Source of the DNA: Candidatus Daviesbacteria bacterium
GTDB taxonomy: Bacteria; Patescibacteriota; Microgenomatia; Daviesbacterales; UBA10151
Length of the DNA stretch: 34,813 bases
Direction: 5' to 3'
Assembly (NCBI GenBank): GCA_016432425.1
Contig: CP066688.1
Coordinates: 409,398-444,210, forward strand
The notes below the pieces were generated by a model. It was not told the origin of the DNA. It searched no databases and was given only the letters and a program-made list of their open reading frames with translations. Shown one piece after another: positions 30,224-34,813 of the stretch (position 1 is the first letter of the stretch; every line of letters starts with the position of its first letter). The position numbers and the translations under genes are program-made.

Positions 30224-31255
30224 ATGGGTAAGCTTAAGAAAATAGGTTTAGTATTATTAGTATTTTTATTGGTAGTTATTGTTTTAAATAGACAAGTTAG
30301 TACTCACTTAAAAATTATTTTATTTATTACAGAGCAGTTTCCTCAAATTCCCCTTAAACCTTTAGGGCTCATTACCCCAAGCCCTATCCATCAGCAAATA
30401 AAGCTGGAGACTGAATCAGGTAAAGTGATAGGTGATTTATTTATTCCTTCAAGCCCTGGTTCTAAATCAGCTGTGATAGTGGCTATGGGAGTCAGAACTC
30501 AAGAAAAGGACAAACCCTTGATATTAAAATTTTCTCAATCTATGGCCAGGCTGGGTTATGTTACGTTTTGGCCCAGACTGGAGGTTTTAGATAAAGGACA
30601 ATCTTTACCAGAGGAACCAACCACTTTTGTGGCTAGTTTTAAATACCTGGAGAGTTTAAAAGAAGTTAATAAAGAAAGAATCTCTTATGCAGGTTTTTCA
30701 GTTGGTTCCTCAACTGCCTTGGTAGCTGCCGCTGATCCAGCAGTTGCAGACCAAGTCCACGCTTTGGTATTTTTTGGAGGTCAATACAATATTTTTGAGT
30801 ATCTGGAAAATCTGGCCAGTAAAAGTTATGAGGCAGATGGTCAAAGAGTTGAGTGGCAGGTGGCAGATGATGCCAGAAATCATGCCAAGGGTTTACTGGA
30901 GACAAAAGAAGCCACTCATACAGCGAGAATTTTTTCTACCAAAGAAACGGGGGAAATAAAAAAGATCCTCTCTCAGATGCCGGAAGAAGAAAAGGCTAAA
31001 CTAAAAAGGTATTCACCTCAGACAGTAGAGGATCAATTTAAGGCAAGACTGTTTATTTTACATGATAAGTCAGATGTTTATGTGCCCTTTACTCAGTCAA
31101 TTAAGTTAAATCAAGCTTTCCAGGATCAGGTTGAAGAATTAATGATTACAGATTTATTTGAACATGTTCAACCCAATAGGCCATTAGGCTTTTTAAATAT
31201 TAAAGAGATGAGTAAACTGTATGGCTTTTTATACCAGGTTTTTAACTTCTTGTGA
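30224..31255 (+). CDS. alpha/beta hydrolase fold protein (dienelactone hydrolase/S9-like), membrane-anchored
   Basis: The first ATG is at 30224 (MGKLKKIGLVLLVFLLVV); the track start 30191 is a TTG. The nucleophile elbow is GFSVGS and there is a late LHDKSDVYVP segment. Confidence 0.55.
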   Translation: MGKLKKIGLVLLVFLLVVIVLNRQVSTHLKIILFITEQFPQIPLKPLGLITPSPIHQQIKLETESGKVIGDLFIPSSPGSKSAVIVAMGVRTQEKDKPLILKFSQSMARLGYVTFWPRLEVLDKGQSLPEEPTTFVASFKYLESLKEVNKERISYAGFSVGSSTALVAAADPAVADQVHALVFFGGQYNIFEYLENLASKSYEADGQRVEWQVADDARNHAKGLLETKEATHTARIFSTKETGEIKKILSQMPEEEKAKLKRYSPQTVEDQFKARLFILHDKSDVYVPFTQSIKLNQAFQDQVEELMITDLFEHVQPNRPLGFLNIKEMSKLYGFLYQVFNFL

Positions 31256-31295
31256 TGTTATCACCTTTTTCACTCTAAAATGATATCATATCTTC

Positions 31296-32417
31296 ATGCA
31301 AGTAGCATTGGTTCATGATTATTTAAAGGAGTATGGAGGGGCAGAGAGGGTGGTGGAGGTTCTGGCAGAAACCTTCCCGGAAGCTCCGCTCTATACGGCT
31401 TACTATGATTTAAATGGTTTAGGCAAGCACCGGGATAGGTTTAAAAATTGGACCATTAAATCTTCTTTTTTGCAGTGGATACCGGGAGCTGGTCGGTTAA
31501 TTTCACCGCTGCGGCTCTTGGCTCCCAAGATTTTTGAAAGTTTTAATTTATCAGATTATGATGTGGTGATTTCTTCTTGTAATGTCTACTTTTCCAAGGC
31601 TGTAAAAACTAATTCCAAGCAGCTACATATTAGTTATATTCACACTCCACCCCGATATTTATATGGTTACACCACCTCTTTTAATTATAAAAAGAACCCG
31701 TTAGTAAGAATAGTAGCAGAGATAATGAACCATTTTTTAAGGATAGTAGATTTTACAGTTTCTCAGCAGCCGGACATTTTAGTGGCTAATTCTAAAAATG
31801 TGGCGGAGAGGATTAAAAAGTTTTATAGAAGGGATTCGATAGTAATTTATCCTCCAGTGGAGATAGCCAAAGTTACTACGATCGTGAGGACTTTGGCTAA
31901 GGTTAAGAAAAGTTATTTTCTATCCGTGGGAAGGTTAGTCAAGGGGAAGGGGATAGATGTAATAGTTAAGACATGCGCTAAATTGGGATTACCACTTAAA
32001 GTTGTTGGTACAGGCCCAGAGCTTAATAATTTACAAAAAATTCTCGACCGAGAAGATAATAAAACTATTGAATTTTTGGGGCAAGTTAGTGATGAGCAGT
32101 TACCTAAACTGTATGCGGGTGCCATAGCCACTATTGTAGCCTCTGAGGATGAGGATTTTGGGATTGTGCCGGTGGAGAGTATGGCTGTGGGGACACCGGT
32201 GATAGCAGTAAAGGCGGGAGGGTTTTTAGAAACTGTAGTGGATGGAAAAACAGGACAGTTTTTCAATAATGCCACGATCGTTGAACTAATGAAAGTTTTA
32301 CAGGACTTTGATCCTGCTAAATATAGGGCAGAGGATTGTAAAAAACAAGCTGAAAAATTTTCCAAGGAAAGATTTCAAAAAGAAATAAGGGAGTTAATTA
32401 AAAAGAATTGGCCTTAG
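31296..32417 (+). CDS. glycosyltransferase family 4 (GT-B, Glycos_transf_1)
   Basis: EX7E region EDEDFGIVPVESMAVGTPVIA and the typical N-terminus VHDYLKEYGGAERV. Confidence 0.85.
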   Translation: MQVALVHDYLKEYGGAERVVEVLAETFPEAPLYTAYYDLNGLGKHRDRFKNWTIKSSFLQWIPGAGRLISPLRLLAPKIFESFNLSDYDVVISSCNVYFSKAVKTNSKQLHISYIHTPPRYLYGYTTSFNYKKNPLVRIVAEIMNHFLRIVDFTVSQQPDILVANSKNVAERIKKFYRRDSIVIYPPVEIAKVTTIVRTLAKVKKSYFLSVGRLVKGKGIDVIVKTCAKLGLPLKVVGTGPELNNLQKILDREDNKTIEFLGQVSDEQLPKLYAGAIATIVASEDEDFGIVPVESMAVGTPVIAVKAGGFLETVVDGKTGQFFNNATIVELMKVLQDFDPAKYRAEDCKKQAEKFSKERFQKEIRELIKKNWP

Positions 32418-32722
32418 CGTTTAGTGCGATGCGACGGACTAATTTCTCTGGCTGCTCTTTTTTGCCGAACTAAACTTTGTAGATATGTGATTTCTTCCCC
32501 AGAAATTCTCACTTTACCATTTTCTGTAAGCTTCAGTTCATATAAGCCTTGCAGTAAGATTGTCCTGACAAAGGGCATGTAAGTAACACCAATTAATCGA
32601 CACAAGGCATGCCTACCCATGACTAGTTCTTGGCTAGATGCAAGATCCTCTTCATGAGGGGGTGTATTTTCTTTTCTTTCTACCATGCCAGATAGTATAC
32701 AAAATTTCTTCCCCACTTGCAT
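32414..32722 (-). CDS. hypothetical protein (weak call)
   Basis: 102-aa ORF with TGTATAAT about 15 nt upstream on the minus strand. It overlaps the GT4 stop by 4 nt. I recognise no family. Confidence 0.3.
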   Translation of the reverse strand: MQVGKKFCILSGMVERKENTPPHEEDLASSQELVMGRHALCRLIGVTYMPFVRTILLQGLYELKLTENGKVRISGEEITYLQSLVRQKRAAREISPSHRTKR

Positions 32723-32767
32723 TTACAGGAAAAACATTATACAAATGTAAGAAGGAGGTGATTGGGA

Positions 32768-33019
32768 ATGGGAATGGATAATGAAAAACCTGCAGAGTTA
32801 AGCGCAATAGAGGAGAAATTGCATCCTGTTTCAAAGAGCGTGGGGGTAGAGGTGCCAAAAGACGTAGACTGGTCTCGTGTATCAGATGAGGACTTAGATA
32901 GGATGTTTGCAAAATTAGATGCAGAAAGTATGGTTGATATTGAGCGTCAACGACAACTCGCTGAGGATGAGGAAAATCAACGTACTCCACTCCAAGAATA
33001 CAAAACAAAAGCTGTGTAG
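32768..33019 (+). CDS. hypothetical acidic protein
   Basis: ATG 32768 lies 9 nt downstream of a strong SD, AAGGAGGTG (32752-32760). 83 aa, Asp/Glu-rich. I recognise no family. Confidence 0.45.
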   Translation: MGMDNEKPAELSAIEEKLHPVSKSVGVEVPKDVDWSRVSDEDLDRMFAKLDAESMVDIERQRQLAEDEENQRTPLQEYKTKAV

Positions 33020-33031
33020 TACAATAGCTTC

Positions 33032-33931
33032 ATGCCAGAGTTACCTGAAGTTGAGACTATCCGTTTAGGGTTGTCTAAAAAAATTATTGGTTTAAAAATT
33101 ACCAAAATCCAACTTCTGTCCCCCAAATCCTTTCTGGGAAACCCTAATTTAGCAGAGGGTAAAAAAGTACTCAAGATCGTTCGTTTTGCCAAGATGTTGG
33201 GCATAGAATTGTCTGGAGATTTAACTCTACTTTTTCATCTCAAAATGACAGGGCAGTTAATCTATGATGATGGCAATCGGTTAATTGGCGGCCATCCCAC
33301 TCCGGACATGAGAGACAGCATGCCGAATGCTCATACTAGGGTTGTTTTTTCTTTTTCAGATGATCGCAGCTATGTTTCGCCGAAGGCGAAACTCAAGGTT
33401 CCTGCGACAGCAGGGTTCTTATATTTTAATGATCAACGTCGTTTCGGCTGGGTCAAGGTAATCCCCTCTGTTATCCTGAGCGAAGCGAAGGATCTAAAAA
33501 ACCTCGGACCGGAGCCGCTGCAAAAAGAATTTACCTGGGAAATTTTAAAACAAAACTTATTAAGACATAAATCTCAACCTGTGAAAGTGGCCATTATGGA
33601 CCAAAGTGTAATTTCCGGGGTGGGGAATATTTATGCTTCTGAAGCTTGTTTTGAAGCCAAACTCGATCCCAGGAAAAAAGTTAAGGATTTAACTGAGGAA
33701 GAGTTTAAGAGTTTACACCAGGGGATTATCACTGCTTTGCAAAATGGGATTAAGCATGGTGGATCCTCTCGGGCCCATTTTGTCGATCCGGAAGGTAAAA
33801 GGGGTTATTATTTGGACTTCGCCAAAGTATATATGAAAGAAGGCAGGAAGTGTCCAAGATGTGGAGGGGTAGTAACTAAAATTACCCAAGCAGGAAGGGG
33901 AACATACTTTTGTCCAAAATGCCAAAAATGA
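33032..33931 (+). CDS. mutM: formamidopyrimidine-DNA glycosylase (Fpg/MutM)
   Basis: N-terminal MPELPEVE, H2TH region (MDQSVISGVGNIYASEACF), C-terminal zinc finger CPRCGG...CPKCQ. Confidence 0.92.
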   Translation: MPELPEVETIRLGLSKKIIGLKITKIQLLSPKSFLGNPNLAEGKKVLKIVRFAKMLGIELSGDLTLLFHLKMTGQLIYDDGNRLIGGHPTPDMRDSMPNAHTRVVFSFSDDRSYVSPKAKLKVPATAGFLYFNDQRRFGWVKVIPSVILSEAKDLKNLGPEPLQKEFTWEILKQNLLRHKSQPVKVAIMDQSVISGVGNIYASEACFEAKLDPRKKVKDLTEEEFKSLHQGIITALQNGIKHGGSSRAHFVDPEGKRGYYLDFAKVYMKEGRKCPRCGGVVTKITQAGRGTYFCPKCQK

Positions 33932-34005
33932 AAAATTTAATTCTTTTTTGGGAAAATATCAAATAATCTGCCCATTATAAAAAAGTGTTAGAATAACCAA
34001 TAGTC

Positions 34006-34813
34006 ATGGCAAAAAGAAGCGTGAGTTTTACCTCGGTAATTTCTAACCGGGGTTTTAGGTTTTTATGGTTTAATCAAATCCTAGTACAACTGGCTTACAA
34101 TACTATCAATTTTGCCCTGATTATTTGGGTTTTTAAATTAACTAACTCCAACCTGGCTGTCTCAGCCTTAATTTTATCTATTTATCTGCCTTCTTTTATC
34201 TTTGGCCTGTTGGCGGGGGTTTATATTGATGTGGCTGACCGGCGCAAAATTATTCTTTGGATAGATGGGCTGCTGGCCATAGGTTTTTTTAGCTTTATTT
34301 TTATTAAAGAATCCTACCCTCTGATTTTACTGAACTCATTTTTCATTAACTCCCTGAGCCAATTTTTTATGCCCGTCGAATCTTCCTCCATTCCGCTTTT
34401 GATAAATAGAAAAAAATTACTCACTGCCAACTCTCTTTTTTCCATGACTTTATATGGATCTTTTATGGTGGGGTATTCTTTGGCCGGGCCGATCTTATCT
34501 TTTTTTGGCATTAATACTTTATTTGTTTTTGGTACTTCTCTTTTGGTTTTGGCCTGGGTTTTATCTCAAAATTTACCAGTTATTCAAATTTCTCAGAAGC
34601 GAAGGTTACAAGCCCTGTCTGCTTTTACTAATTTCCGGAGACTAACCATTTTTGCCCTGTCAGAAATTAGATTAACCCTCAATGTCATTAAAGGTAAATT
34701 AAGCGTGGTTTCAGCCATTGGAATTTTGGCAGCAGTCCAGGGAGTCATCGGGATTTTGGCAGTATTAATTTCTCCTTATATGGAAAAAGTGCTGCGCATT
34801 CATGCCACCGATT
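34006..34813 (+). CDS. MFS transporter (MFS_3/EntS-like), 5' part; the ORF runs off the right edge
   Basis: ATG at 34006. My translation MAKRSVSFTSVISNRGFRFLWFNQILVQLAYNTINFALIIWVF... stays open to 34813 and contains multiple TM helices. It is not in the ORF track because it is truncated. Confidence 0.7.
   Translation, partial: MAKRSVSFTSVISNRGFRFLWFNQILVQLAYNTINFALIIWVFKLTNSNLAVSALILSIYLPSFIFGLLAGVYIDVADRRKIILWIDGLLAIGFFSFIFIKESYPLILLNSFFINSLSQFFMPVESSSIPLLINRKKLLTANSLFSMTLYGSFMVGYSLAGPILSFFGINTLFVFGTSLLVLAWVLSQNLPVIQISQKRRLQALSAFTNFRRLTIFALSEIRLTLNVIKGKLSVVSAIGILAAVQGVIGILAVLISPYMEKVLRIHATD

Noticed and set aside
31252-31270. Possible intrinsic terminator after the alpha/beta hydrolase gene (GTGAT-gtt-ATCAC followed by cTTTTT)
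   Set aside because: The stem is only 5 bp with a 3-nt loop and overlaps the stop codon, which is too weak to call. I saw no convincing rho-independent terminators elsewhere in the window.
15443-32286. General enrichment of the hexamer CGATCG
   Set aside because: I counted 7 CGATCG sites against roughly 5 expected for this composition, which is not notable. Only the extended forms (ACGATCGT and the 18-bp palindrome) appear enriched, and these are reported separately.
28751-32365. Long antisense ORFs 28751-29266 (171 aa), 31913-32365 (150 aa) and 32652-33008 (118 aa)
   Set aside because: Each is fully contained opposite a better-supported gene (the MYG1-like gene, the GT4 gene, and the SD-preceded acidic ORF) and has a low-complexity, featureless translation.

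Overview
This is a gene-dense, AT-leaning bacterial window with about 45 supportable CDS and 4 tRNA genes. There are no rRNA genes, no CRISPR array and no transposase. The gene content suggests a small-genome Patescibacteria/CPR-like bacterium, but this is inference only. It rests on minimal housekeeping genes (trpS, ftsH, polA, mutM, trxB), DUF5667/DUF5666-type secreted proteins, a giant Ser/Gly/Pro-rich surface protein, an intron-containing tRNA and an orphan TraD/VirD4-like ATPase.

Main observations:
1. A tRNA-Asn(GUU) gene is split by a 187-nt group I intron. A free-standing HTH/LAGLIDADG-like ORF lies beside it, followed by a small accessory islet (NDT-like gene, BrnT/BrnA toxin-antitoxin, tRNA-like 3' remnant).
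2. A tRNA-Ile with a genomically encoded UAU anticodon abuts a tyrosine recombinase gene.
3. Short GC-rich hairpin-forming segments sit in frame inside housekeeping genes (sugar dehydrogenase, trpS, polA, mutM). This recalls Rickettsia palindromic elements.
4. PolA has no 3'-5' exonuclease domain.
5. A 41-nt element with a perfect CACGGCCGTG palindrome occurs twice, with 37/41 positions identical.
6. An 18-bp perfect palindrome, GTTCAACGATCGTTGAAC, has related half-sites elsewhere and an over-represented ACGATCGT core.
7. At least 11 operon-leading genes have a -10 box only 6-9 nt upstream of the ATG and no Shine-Dalgarno sequence, which predicts leaderless mRNAs.
8. A nickel superoxide dismutase gene with its maturation protease sits in a redox gene cluster.
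9. A 1009-aa surface protein carries a tandemly duplicated Cys-containing domain that I do not recognise, flanked by Crp/Fnr and ECF sigma/anti-sigma regulators.

I found no complete, obviously novel multi-gene defence system. The candidates are listed with honest uncertainty.
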